Assembly (NCBI RefSeq): GCF_006345805.1
Contig: NC_042998.1
Coordinates: 144,336,001-144,400,000, forward strand
DNA from: Octopus sinensis
Taxonomy: Eukaryota
Direction of reading: 5' to 3'
DNA length: 64,000 bases
Shown here piece by piece: positions 51,888 to 64,000 of the stretch. The notes beneath the pieces are model-generated. The model had not been told where the DNA came from and ran no database searches. It saw only the letters and a program-made list of their open reading frames with translations. Numbering within the stretch: position 1 is the stretch's first letter; every line of letters starts with the position of its first letter. The position numbers and the translations under genes were made by a program.

Positions 51888-52170
51888 GTAGGTCCCGGGT
51901 TGATTCGGGGTTAACCACAGTAAATAAGGTACTCAATACATAGTAGAGTAAAATTAATTTATTATATAGAAGGAGCTTCTACAGGACTAGAACTGTTTCA
52001 TTCAAGAGAAATCTTCAGGAAGCTAGTTAACAAGAATTGTATTGGCATTTATACATTTAGGCAGGTTTAAAGGGGTGTTGGTGGGGGACTTTTTGGGGGT
52101 AGGCATAGCGCAAAATATCATACTTGGGGGAGTGGTCAAGGAGTCAGTGTTAAATTAGATAGAAGAATAA
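51888..52170 (-). mobile_element. Penelope-like pLTR or retrozyme-like segment carrying a hammerhead
   Basis: Minus strand: TATAAA about 25 nt upstream of the hammerhead and AATAAA about 10 nt downstream; abuts (TA)n; no RT or GIY-YIG ORF seen. Confidence 0.55.
51974..52024 (-). ncRNA. Minimal type I hammerhead ribozyme motif
   Basis: AGCUUC-CUGAAGA-U(UUC-UCUU-GAA)U-GAAA-CAG-UUCUAGUC-CUG-UA-GAAGCU: perfect 6-bp stem I, intact core, GUA cleavage triplet, one U-U mismatch at the base of stem II. Confidence 0.78.
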
Positions 52171-52269
52171 ATAAAAAAAAAAATAAATAAATAAAAAAAA
52201 TATATAAAAATATATATAAAAAAAAAAAGGGAATAGAGTTTTAGGTAAATAAGGAGATTCTCACTTATA

Positions 52270-52599
52270 CCTATGCACATATGTATACATATATACACAC
52301 ACATACAAACATATATACATACACACACACATATATACATATATATACACTTACACATACATATACATATCTACACATACACATATATGTATACATACAC
52401 ACACTCACATGCATACACGTATACACACATGTATATATACACACACGACCACACATACATATACACACAGAAAAATATATATACACATACACACACATAC
52501 TCACATACACGCATACACACACATATCCACACACACACATCACACTAGTCCCTATATACACATATATACACACATATACACACACATACATATACATAC

Positions 52600-52654
<55 letters not shown>

Positions 52655-53125
52655 CACATACATACGTATACATACATACATACATACACATACACACATA
52701 TATATACACATACAAATACAGACCCATTCCCTAATATTAATTTTATTATCTTCATTTATTACTTTTGTTATCTTTGATCGCTGGTCACAAACATCTTGGC
52801 TATGACAGCCAGTCCATTTATCTGTCTACTGGAAAACAAGCACTCATTTACTCACGCACACTCTTTAGCACGTACACTCACTCATTCGTACACTCATACA
52901 CATACACGCACGCACGCGTTATATTCATACATACATACATCTACATACATTCACGTATATACACATACGTACGCGTACCTACAGATTCATGTCTACACTC
53001 TTAGAAGGCTAGTCTATACATATACACCAATAAATATAAATACACACACATACATATACACCTACATACAAATACATACATGTATATATATATATATACA
53101 CATTCACACATATATACATACATAT

Positions 53126-53170
<45 letters not shown>

Positions 53171-54044
53171 TACATATATATATATATACACACATACACA
53201 TACATACATATACACACATACACATACATACGTATACATACATACATACATCCATACATACACACACACCCACACGTATACATATACGTACATATATATA
53301 CGCACATGCATACACATACAAATACATACACATACGCATATACATACATACACACACACACACACATATATATATATACATACACACACATCCATATACA
53401 TACATACATATACAAATATACGCACACACATACATACATACTCATATACACATACACGCACATACACATGTACATGCGTACCCATACACACACACACACG
53501 CGCGCACATCCATATATACACATAAGTACACACATGCGTAAAAGTATACATATATCTATGCTTACACATACACACACACACACGTGCCTCCTTATATTCA
53601 TACTTACATGCATACTCAAAAAATAAGTAAATAGTAAAATATATATACGCGCAGTTATTCATACATGCATACTCAAAAAATAAATAATAAATATTAAGTA
53701 TATGTACGTGCAGTTACCTATTATATAGACGGATACATACATATAAACTTACACACATATATATATATATATATATACATATATACACACATATATATAT
53801 ACATATATACATATATATACACACACACATATACACACATATATATATACATACTTACACACATGTACAAATACATACACACATAGATAACTCTACGTAC
53901 CTACATATACATAAACACACGAGCGTACACGTATATGTACATATACACATACACATACACACGCATATATATACATACATACATACACATACACACATAC
54001 ATACGCATATATACACATACATACATACACATACACACATATAT

Positions 54045-54115
<71 letters not shown>

Positions 54116-54373
54116 TATACATGTGTGCAAACATACATACATACTCATACACGCACACACACTTACATATACATATATACACACACACATACATACATAC
54201 ATGCATACATACATACATACATACATGCATACATACACACACACATATATATATACATACATACACATACACATACCTATACATATATATACACACATAA
54301 ATACACATGCACACACTTATATCTCTGGAAGTGAAAATTTCTATTAATTTCCATTTCCCTTCAATATGATTAA

Positions 54374-54410
<37 letters not shown>

Positions 54411-54484
54411 CATATATATATGTAAACCTACATGTTTTCTCTGGTGGGTTTCTATTAATTTCCATTTCCCTTCAATATGATTAC

Positions 54485-54540
<56 letters not shown>
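52270..54540. repeat. ~2.3-kb compound (CA/TA/TACA)n microsatellite block
   Basis: Nearly pure dinucleotide-derived sequence; source of the Y/I/H/T-rich and C/V/M/Y-rich ORFs. Confidence 0.97.
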
Positions 54541-55133
54541 TTAATCATATTGAAGGGAAATGGAAATTAATAGAATTTTCACTTCCAGTGGCCTAAAACC
54601 CACCAGAGAAAACATGTAGGTTTACCATTCTGGCTGTGGAGTGTTAGATAATTTATCCCATATACTGATATGGTATATGCATATATGTGTGTACATGCAC
54701 ATATTACTGTATTTGACACTAATTGCGAAATTTAGGCACATGGCTTTGTGGTTAAAAAGTTTGGCTCATAACCATGTAGTTTTAGTTTCAGTCCCACTGC
54801 ACAGCACCTTGGGCAGGTATCATCAACTGTAATCTGAGGCTGACCAATACTTTGAGTGAACTGGTAAATGAAAACTGTAGTAAGCCTGTTGGGTGCGTGT
54901 GTGTGTTTCCTTGACATTTACGTGTTGATTGTAAACAGAGTCAGCTTTCATATATAGTGTTGTGCGTTTGCAATCTTCCTTGAAAACATGACCAGTGAGC
55001 AGTTCCAGTTAAAAGAAAAATAAAAGACTGGCACAAGTGTAAAAAACTTGGATTGGATGCCTTGCAGAATGTGTCTGGAGCTTGGCATTTTGAGTTCAAA
55101 TCCTATCATGGCTTACTTGGGTCATAGGCTTAA

Positions 55134-55349
55134 CCCTTTAGTATTCAGATTACTCTAACAAATGTAATGCTTACGTATTCATATTGTTTTGAATTAACCA
55201 TACATTATCTTTTAGCTTTCAAATTTCAATGATGTGATTGTTTATTTTCAGAATGACATTAATGGGTAGGTATGAGAGGCCAGATCTGGTCAGTTTGACC
55301 ACAAAACAGAATGTTTGGGCCTGATATGGCCAGTTTGAATTCTAAAGGG
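55134..55349. mobile_element. piggyBac-like MITE, family A
   Basis: ttaa|ccctttag ... ctaaaggg|ttaa with perfect TTAA TSD. Confidence 0.8.
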
Positions 55350-55370
55350 TTAATCCAGGGACATGTTTAA

Positions 55371-55590
55371 CCCTTTTGTTACCAACCCGGCTGAAACTGG
55401 CTTTGGCTCGGAGTAAAAATGCTTTGTTTTCATAAGTTTTGAATTAAAATCTTCCACCAAACCTTAGTCACAATTTATGTTCCTAACACTAGCTGAATGA
55501 TAACTAAGTTATTTTACTAAATTCTTTGTTATATTTAAAGTAACTGAAAGAAATACAGAGCATTTCAAAATAAATACAGTTACGAAAGGG
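55371..55590. mobile_element. piggyBac-like MITE, family B
   Basis: ttaa|cccttttgttaccaacc ... gttacgaaaggg|ttaa with perfect TTAA TSD. Confidence 0.82.
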
Positions 55591-56930
55591 TTAACACCAC
55601 CTAGCAATTTAGTTGCCTTTAGTAGAGTTCACTCTTTTACAAGCATTTAGGCCAGATCTCCAATTACAGGATGCCTCCCTCCCTTGTACCTGTCTGTAGA
55701 GTCTCTGTAAATGGTTATAGGTTTTGTCTCTTGACTAAAAGAAAAATGTTCTAAACTTGTTAACTGACTGATTTTAAAATTTTAACACAATAATCCCAAC
55801 AAATAAAATTTTCAGTTAAGAAATACTGGGGTGCTGTTTTTGAACAGCTTATGGTTAATATCTGCCACAATTGGTGCTATCTTCACTGAAGGCACCATGA
55901 TAGTATTTGAATACAGGAGCAAATACTGACAAAACACTCAAGAAATGCCAGTGTCCTTGATACCTATTGTGGTTAGCAGACCTTCCTTCTTTCAAGACCT
56001 AAATGTTTAAAATTGCCTGCCTTTGGTCATGTTACCAAATTACCCAGATATATTTGTTTATATTTAACCCTTTTGTTTCCGATTTCTGCTGAAATACACT
56101 GCCTTTGTTTTAATTAGTTTTGAAGATAATGATAAATTTATTTAAAATTACTTTGTTATTATTAAAATGTTTGCAACATTAACACAAAATTTTGATGGAA
56201 GGTTTAAACTTAAATCACTTCAAAACAGGAAGTTTGTATCACAGAACCAGAGTCAGTCTCAAGTGGGTTGGTATCAAAATCATTTTGATACTTCATTGAT
56301 ATCAAGTGATTTCATAAAGTAAACACATTGTATACTGTCCAATATTGTTACAGCATGAAGTGTTTTCTCAGAATATTTTGGCTATATTGTTTTTTTTATA
56401 TTTCTTCTTTTATATTTTATTTGTTTCAGTCATAGGACTGTGGCCATGTTGAAGCTCACCTTGAATGATTTCAAAGAAACTTACCACAGTTATTCCATTT
56501 TTTTTGTTGAACTGTTAAGTTATGGGAACATAAACAAACCAACACCATTTGTCAAGTGATAAGGACAAACACACATAATCACATATATATATAATGATGG
56601 GCTACCACAGTTTCCAGCAATCAAATTCACTCATAAGGCATTGATCAGTTTTGGGGCTATAACAGAAGACGCCCAAAATGCCATACTGTGGGATTGAACC
56701 TGAAGCCACATGGTTGCAAAATGAGCTTCTTAATCACACAGCCATGCCTGCATTTCAGAGGCATAAAAAAAAAGAACTACATAAGCTTTAGATTTAATAA
56801 TAGTGGCTCTGAATTTGAAGGATTTTTGAAGACAGATCTTTCTTTTTTTAATCTTTTTAAACTTTAGTGTAAATATAAAAGAAAAAATTTTAAAAAATTT
56901 TTTAAATTTGAATTGAAGTTATTGTTTTAC

Positions 56931-57044
56931 CTCTTCATCATTTTTCTTCCAATCTTCCCATTGTTTCTCATTAACATTCACAGAACCGGCCTTTTGATTC
57001 TTCTTAGCCTTTGGAGTTGATTTACCAAAAGCAAGATTTTTCAG
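56931..57044 (-). CDS. GKAP1: GKAP1-like coding exon (first one found in window), 114 nt, phase 0-0: LKNLAFGKSTPKAKKNQKAGSVNVNEKQWEDWKKNDEE
   Basis: Canonical ttttcag| acceptor and GAG|gtaaaa donor. Peptide matches recalled vertebrate GKAP1 motifs ELRNLAFKK and NWQEWRQRDEQ (from memory, not a search). Confidence 0.88.
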
Positions 57045-60000
57045 CTGAAAAATATTATGTAGAGAGTGAGTGAGGGCAGAGTCCATATTTCCAGATCCTT
57101 ATTCATCTTCTTATGTATAATTATCATTTTAGCCACATTTTTCCATGTTTGCATGTGTTGCACAGAGTTTAATATGGCAGATTTTCTACAGGTGGATGTC
57201 CATCCTGTCTCCAACCCTCATCTGTTTCCAAGCAAGGTAATATACCCCGATGGCCAGATGTTTCGGCAGAATACTGGAAATGAATGACAGTGACAATCTA
57301 CACTTATCACTCAATGCCAAGACAAGGAGATGCAAACAATTACACATAGATTTCTTTCCCTTTCTGTTTGCCAAATCCTTTCAAAAAGCTTGGGCTGACC
57401 TAAAGCTACAGAAGACACTTTCCCAAGATGCCTAACAGTGGGACTGAACTCAAAACCATGTGGTTGAGAAGTAAACTTTTTAACTACACATATTACACAC
57501 ACTGATAAATGTAAAGTAATTAATTCATTGGTGCAAATATGTCTACAACTATGAACTGAAACTAAGTTGGCCGTTTAACTAGCCAACATATAGTACTCTT
57601 TATAAAATCCATTCTTAGCTCTGGACTTCATCAGATTAAGTAGACGATAAATGCATCTCATCTTTGGTAGAATCTAAATCATTTCTAGACAACAGCTCCA
57701 AGAGATCAGGTACTTATTTCTAAGAGAGAGAAAAGTTGTGGGACAAAAACATAACATTGATACTTATTTTAATTACTTTCAACATAAGAAAGGTAGGGTT
57801 GAGCAGGGTCAGTACAGCAATACAAAATCATTTAACGAGTCTTATTTTTCCGTCTCTTTCTTTTCCAACTGGGGTATCCATGTATCCCCTCTACAGTGAA
57901 ACACCTATCTCCATGCCTCCATTATACTTTTTAACCTCTTATCAACTGGCAGATCAATACTACTCCCCCTCCCAGTCAAGGGGTCTTTGTCTGGCAAGTT
58001 ACTTGGTGACCTTGCCAGTGCTGGTGACACAAAGAAGCACCTAGTACACTGTAAAGTGGTTGACATTAAGAAGGGCATCCAGCTGTAGAAACCAATCCAA
58101 AGCAGACAATCAAGCTTGGCACAGAACCTCTGGCTTTCAACCTCATCAAACTATACAATCCATGCCAGCTTGGAAAACATTATAAATGATGATGATGCTT
58201 GTTTATCATCTTATCTATGAGACTCACTTGTATGTCTGATCAACTAACTTCCACAAATCATTATAGGCCTACTCCTGCCAGATCATGTCAACAGTTTACA
58301 ACATCAAAACTTAAGCCATCATCATCATTTACTATCCGTTTTCTATGCTGGTGAGCCAGAGAACTGCACTAAGCTCTACTGTCTGCTGTGGCATGGTTTC
58401 TACAGCTAGATACCCTTTATGACAACCACTTTACTGTGTGAAATGGATGTTTCTTTTTTTTGGTGTGGGACTAGCTACAAAATTATTGTCCATTTAAGGA
58501 ACTTGTACAACTGTCATTCAACCTGATCAGTCAACTCTTTGAGAACAGATTTCATAAAGTTCATAAATTCAAAATCCTGTGAGTCCCTACTCACAATAAA
58601 AACATGATAGCTTCAACCCATGTCACCAATTAGAAGACTTTCATGCATTGTTGTAATGTACATAAGATGATCATCAGGAAAGCGAAGAATACTTTCATAC
58701 ACTGTACAACCTGTAATCAATATTTCTTCTTAAATCTTCTGTTATCTTGCTAAAAAGGATTTCTTTTTCCCACTCAATCAATTTGGACAGGCACGAAGCT
58801 TGCTGATGATAGCTCTGAATTTGCCAGACGCTTTACTTCTCCCAAATTTTCCATCTCACCACTATGAACAGTCGCAATAGAAGTAACTTCTTCCATTACA
58901 AGCTAAAAGGGAGCTTATCCGACCTGCAAGAAATAGCAGCCAACTCTTCCTCAAATCAGCTTAAAAGAAAAGGACATATTCATCATCATCACATTAGATT
59001 AAATAATACATTCATCGGTTCCCTGGATGGAAAGCTTTTATGTCTGCCTAATTAAAACTAACCTGGGATTAAGCAACAACAATTATTCCAACCAAGCAAT
59101 ATGTCAAATTCACAACTGTCTTAGGCAGATAACTATAGCCAAAATTTCAGAATCTCAAAGGTGATAGAGAAACATTTATAAACAATCACTTCATCATCTT
59201 CACTCTTTATCCTCCATGGCCACCAGAATGGTTTCTACATAACTAGATTTACTAGAGATTTGCACTCCCTTGTTAAAACCAATAGTCATTCAAAAAATGT
59301 TGTTGTCCATGATTTCCAAAGACTTCAACTAGGTTTGACATCAAAAACTCAGATCAAATCTGGTCAAAGCCAAACACCAAACACAGCCACATTGCAAACT
59401 CAACCAATTTCTCATGTTTTTGGATCAATGATTCCTCATGAGATTACTTCTCTAATAGGTCCTCTTTCCACAGTCCATCAAGTTACTTTTAACTATACAC
59501 ACAAACTTTTCTATATGGATAATACAATCTTTCATTTCTTCTTAATCTTAAATGTCATCCACACACAACTTACTTCATGCCAGATATGCACAGCTTCCAT
59601 GAATAGAAATTAAAAAAAAACAAACATCCTCCTAAGGAAGTTGACAACCCATTTTCATTCAACAGTACTAAAACAATTGTCACAAATGCCAAAGAAACAG
59701 CTTTATAACCACACCTTCCCTTCACAGAAACAAAAAAGAAAAAAAATTCTACTCACTACAAATGTTCAACTTAATCTCTGATAATCTCTCATGGTGATCT
59801 CATATATCTTGCTCCCTCTCTTCCTCCTCTACTCCTCCAAGGCCATCTGAATAAATGTACACACCTTAGAATACTGAATACTCTCTACATTTACACCCTT
59901 ATCTTTCCATTTCTAGTGTTTTGCTCTCACGGCTCCTTCTATCCCATTCCTTGGTCTACATGCCTTTGGTTACTAAGTACTCAGATGTTGGTGCCAAGAG

Positions 60001-60689
60001 AAAACACTTGTACACACGGTAAAGAGGTGATTAGAAGGGTATCCAGCTATAGAAACCAAATCAAATGACTCATATGTGCACCAGTCTTTAACCTTTCTGC
60101 ATTCAGATTATTCTGTCAAATATAATGCTTATTTATTCACAATGTTTTAAAGTAATCATGCATTACATCATAGCTTTGAGATTTCAATGATGTGATGGTT
60201 TATTTTTAGAATAGCATTGTAGGTTAGGTGTGAAAGACCAGATCCTGCCAGTTTAAATATAAAACAGGTAGAATATTTGGGTTCAATATGGCCGGTTTAA
60301 ATGCTAAAAGGTTAGGAGTACAAGCTAAAAAAGTACTTCAGTCCCAATCTGCAACAAATATGACCTCCTATTGGAGTACTGCTAACATACTTGAAACAGT
60401 CCCTCTGCAAGACAAAAATCCTAGATTCCATCTTGAACATCTTTCTGCTGATTGGAAAACATTTTCCTCACCAATACTGGCAATAAGGGCATTCAATTGT
60501 GGAAACCAAAGTTGATAGTGGGGTGTGATGAAGATTTTGGATAAGTCAGATTCAGTCAAATTGTCCAACTCATGCCAGCATGTAACAGGGATGATAAATA
60601 ATGATGCTTAGATGTTTCTTCTTCACCACTGCAATGGCCTCTAAACTAGCAATAACACCTCACCTCTACTCCAGGCCACTTGCCTTGTC

Positions 60690-61195
60690 CATCTCACAGC
60701 ACCAATTGTGTATCAACCTTTGCTCAATCATCACCAATAGAACTGCAATTCATCTACCCATTCTTTCAATAAGCATTGTCCTCAACACTTTCAAACGAAA
60801 GATCAACAGTATTGATTTCACCAGTGTGGTGAAATCACAAAGATATTGGGTCCTGTCCCTCTTACTCATAATGTGCTAAACAATGCACACAGCAATCATG
60901 ATATTAGTAGAACCTGTATCACCAAGATCTTCACCATGCTACTGAGCTTGCCCTCACAGACAATCAACGGAAACATGTTAACATGCTGCAGACACGGTTG
61001 GTATGTTTCCCAATGCAAAGAAGACTGAATGCATGACCATCATTAAAGATGAAAGCCATTTACCAATTTGTTCCAGTGATAGCAGACAAGGAGGTCAGTG
61101 ACTTCAAGTACTTTCGGTCTTATGTTGCTGACACTGAGAAAGACAAGTCATGCATGGGTCAAGTCTGGGATACCAGAAACAAGCTTAAAACATCA
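60690..61195 (+). mobile_element. Degraded RTE-like RT fragment
   Basis: Remnants resembling the RT palm and EV.DFKY..SY; many disruptions. Confidence 0.45.
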
Positions 61196-61213
61196 TTTAA
61201 TATATGTGTGCTA

Positions 61214-61382
61214 GGTGCAGGAGTGGGTGTGTGGTAAGTAGCTTGTTTACCAACCACATGGTTCTGGGTTCAGTCCCACTGCGTGGCACCTTGGGCAAGT
61301 GTCCTCTACTATAGCCTCGGGCCGACCAAAGCCTTGTGAGTGGATTTGGTAGACGGAAACTAAAAGAAGCCCGTCGTATATA

Positions 61383-61421
<39 letters not shown>

Positions 61422-62460
61422 CATCATCATCATCATCGTTTAGCGTCCGCTTTCCATGCTAGCATGGGTTGGACGGGTCAACTGGGGTCTGTGAAGCTGG
61501 AAGGCTTCGTCAGGCCCAGTCAGATCTGGCAGTGTTCTACGGCTGGATGCCCTTCCTAACGCCAACCACTCCGCGAATGTAGCGGGTGTTTTTTACGTGC
61601 CACCTGCACAGGTGCCAGACAGAGCTGGCGAACGGCCATGAACGGATGGTGCTTTTACGTGTCACCGGCACGGGGCCAGGCGATGCTGGCAACGGACACG
61701 AACGGATGGTGCTTTTACGTGCCACCGACACGGGGCCAGACAGAGCTGGCAACCGGCCACAAACGGACGGTGCTTTTACGTGTCACCGGCACGGGGGCCA
61801 GCCGAGGCTGGCAACGGACGCGAACGGATGGTGCTTTTACGTGCCACCGACACGGTTGCCAGACAGAGCTGGCAAACGGCCACGAACGGACGGTGCTTTT
61901 ACGTGTCACCGGCACGGGGGCCAGCCGAGGCTGGCAACGGACGCGAACGGATGGTGCTTTTACGTGCCACCGACACGGTTGCCAGACAGAGCTGGCAAAC
62001 GGCCACGAGCGGACGGTGCTTTTACGTGTCACCGGCACGGGGGCCAGCCGAGGCTGGCAACGGACACGAACGGATGGTGCTTTTACGTGCCACCGACACG
62101 GGGCCAGACAGAGCTGGCAAACGGCCACGAACGGACGGTGCTTTTACGTGTCACCGGCACGGGGCCAGGCGAGGCTGGCAACGAACACGAACGGATGGTG
62201 CTTTTACATGCCACCGACATATATATATATATATGCGTGTGTGTGTTTGTGTGTCTGTGTTTGTCCCCCTAGCATTGCTTGACAACCGATGCTGGTGTGT
62301 TTATGTCCCCGTTACTTAGCGGTTCGGCAAAAGAGACCGATAGAATAAGTACTGGGCTTACAAAAGAATAAGTCCCGGGGTCGAGTTGCTCGATTAAAGG
62401 CGGTGCTCCAGCATGGCCGCAGTCAAATGACAAACAAATAAAAGAGTAAAGAGTAAAAGA
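61214..62460 (+). mobile_element. Young tRNA-derived SINE with an RTE-tail element nested in its central microsatellite (61422-62219)
   Basis: SINE head 61214-61380, (TG)n(TA)n, inserted tail, (TA)n(TG)n, SINE body and tail to 62460; CpG retained. Confidence 0.85.
61586..62219 (+). repeat. GC-rich ~61-bp minisatellite, about 10.5 units, alternating A/B units
   Basis: gtgcttttacgtg-type marker at 61586, 61649, 61709, 61770, 61831, 61893, 61954, 62016, 62077, 62138 and 62198. Confidence 0.95.
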
Positions 62461-64000
62461 GTGCTTATTAAATGGCGCTAAATAAATGAATTCTACATTG
62501 AATAATGAAACAGGCATGTCCAAAATTATGGACACAAGCTAAGTAGTTTACACACAAGAAATTGGCTTTGCATCCAAGTACATTCCAGGTACCGTCGATT
62601 CTATTACCCCAAGTTGACTAATATTAGTAGAAACTGACGGAAATTATGCGAATTATATATAAATGTGGGAGTCTGTCTTTTGTTGACGGATATTCATCGA
62701 CGAAGAAATTTGAAGAGTTGGAGTGTCTTGAACGAAGTTCCAAGCGATATTTCTTCTGTAGTGATTTATTCCGTTGTCATCAGAACAGATAACACTATTG
62801 TTCACCGTATACGATATAATTTTTTAAATTAGTATAACTGAGTGTAATAAGGAGAGATGAGAAAACGGTTATATTGAAAAACAAATGACAAAATTTGAAT
62901 ACCTTCAGAATGATCGACATAAAATGGAAAAGAAAATAGAGTTCTGGAATAACTTATCATTACTTCATGGAGAAGGAAAAGGGTTCATTCAGAATGATGG
63001 GAAAAGGCAAAAATGCCTCAAAAATACCAAAATTTGGGGTAAGAAAACCTGCATCGTAATCCCTACTTTAAAAGAGTAGATACAATTTATTTTCAAAATA
63101 TTCAAATCAGAATCTCCACGAGTAAGTTAAATAATTTTTATGAACAAATAGAATTGGTTAAATTGATTGTAATAGTAAAACTTCCAAAGTTTTTCGAAAA
63201 CTTATGTTTTAAATTCTAAATGTATTAAACATGGTAGATTTTCCCAAAGATAGAATGAGATAAGAAACGACCTGTTAAAACTTTTGTTTTCGTTTAGATA
63301 GAAAAGTAATAAATATCAGGCCAAACAAGTTTATAAAATATTTGGGGAAAACAGGAGAAAAAAATTCCCAGAAAACTAAAGAATAAATCAGCCCTAATAA
63401 TTTAGAAAAGTAACTCGAAGTCATCCTACGTTAAACATCTCTGATTCCCGTTCTTCCTACCCTATTCTAGTCTGCAATAATTGATGGATTCACAGGACAA
63501 GATTATTTTTATAAATCTCATTTTTTAAAGAGGAAGAAAATAAATAAATAAACTGCAAAAGATTCCATGAAAGTAGGAAAAATTAAAAACAAGAAAACAT
63601 TTCCCCATTTTACTTGCATCGTGAATTCCAGATACTAAATGTATTCGGGGTATTTGTGTTAATTTCCTTAGTAAAAGGGCAAGTTAAGATGAACAAGAGA
63701 CAAACGAAGCAGTCTCTTGGAATGGGAAATGAGGTGACATACAGAAAGAAATAGACTAGCCGCAGAATGGAAGGGAAAACGTGGTCAGTGTTGACCACAA
63801 AGACGATGTCTGAATGAATGGCTTATTTCAACTGAAAAGGGGATATCAAAATTGATCATATTTCTGAGGAGCTGTATACAGAAAATGCAGAGCGTGAAAG
63901 ACAACATGAATTCAGAGAATGAACAAAAACACTATAAGCCAATCGAAGACGCCTTAAAGAATTTTTATACAAACAGACACACATATTATATATATATATA

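Noticed and set aside
52155-54548. Many long ORFs (up to 276 aa) rich in Y/I/H/T or C/V/M/Y
   Set aside because: Translations of CA/TA microsatellite with no coding complexity. The same applies to ORFs at 1272-1540 and 14240-14648.
61586-62319. Overlapping 137-228 aa repetitive ORFs and a CRISPR-like look
   Set aside because: Frames are open only because the unit lacks stops. Units are tandem with no unique spacers, there are no cas genes, and the DNA is eukaryotic.
62740-62790. CTGATGA...GAAA on the minus strand (CTGATGA at 62783-62777)
   Set aside because: No stem I or stem II pairing, so not a hammerhead. The CTGAAGA motifs at about 45-51, 2028 and in the 200-bp repeat fail the same test.

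Overview
AT-rich, repeat-dense eukaryotic genomic DNA, most likely from an octopus or other coleoid cephalopod. This is inferred from the tRNA-derived SINE families, RTE tails and very large CA/TA microsatellites, not from a database search. The main feature is a minus-strand, multi-exon gene whose nine reconstructed coding exons (57044 down to 27641) match G kinase-anchoring protein 1 (GKAP1); its N-terminal exon(s) were not found and probably lie beyond 64000. The model needs one GC donor and has an apparent 1-nt frameshift in the penultimate exon. Three phase-compatible minus-strand exons at 20.8-21.4 kb suggest a second, unidentified gene. The rest is a mobile-element landscape: a hAT (Buster/Charlie-like) element with intact TSD, a piggyBac in the last GKAP1 intron, Tc1/mariner and pogo remnants, Helitrons, CR1, RTE and R4/Dong LINE fragments, SINEs, MITEs, satellites and a 100-N gap. 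The most striking non-coding signal is a near-complete minimal type I hammerhead ribozyme (51974-52024) in a Penelope/retrozyme-like segment, in sense orientation inside a GKAP1 intron. Most long ORFs in the supplied track are microsatellite or minisatellite artefacts. Boundaries of SINE, LINE and satellite copies are approximate.
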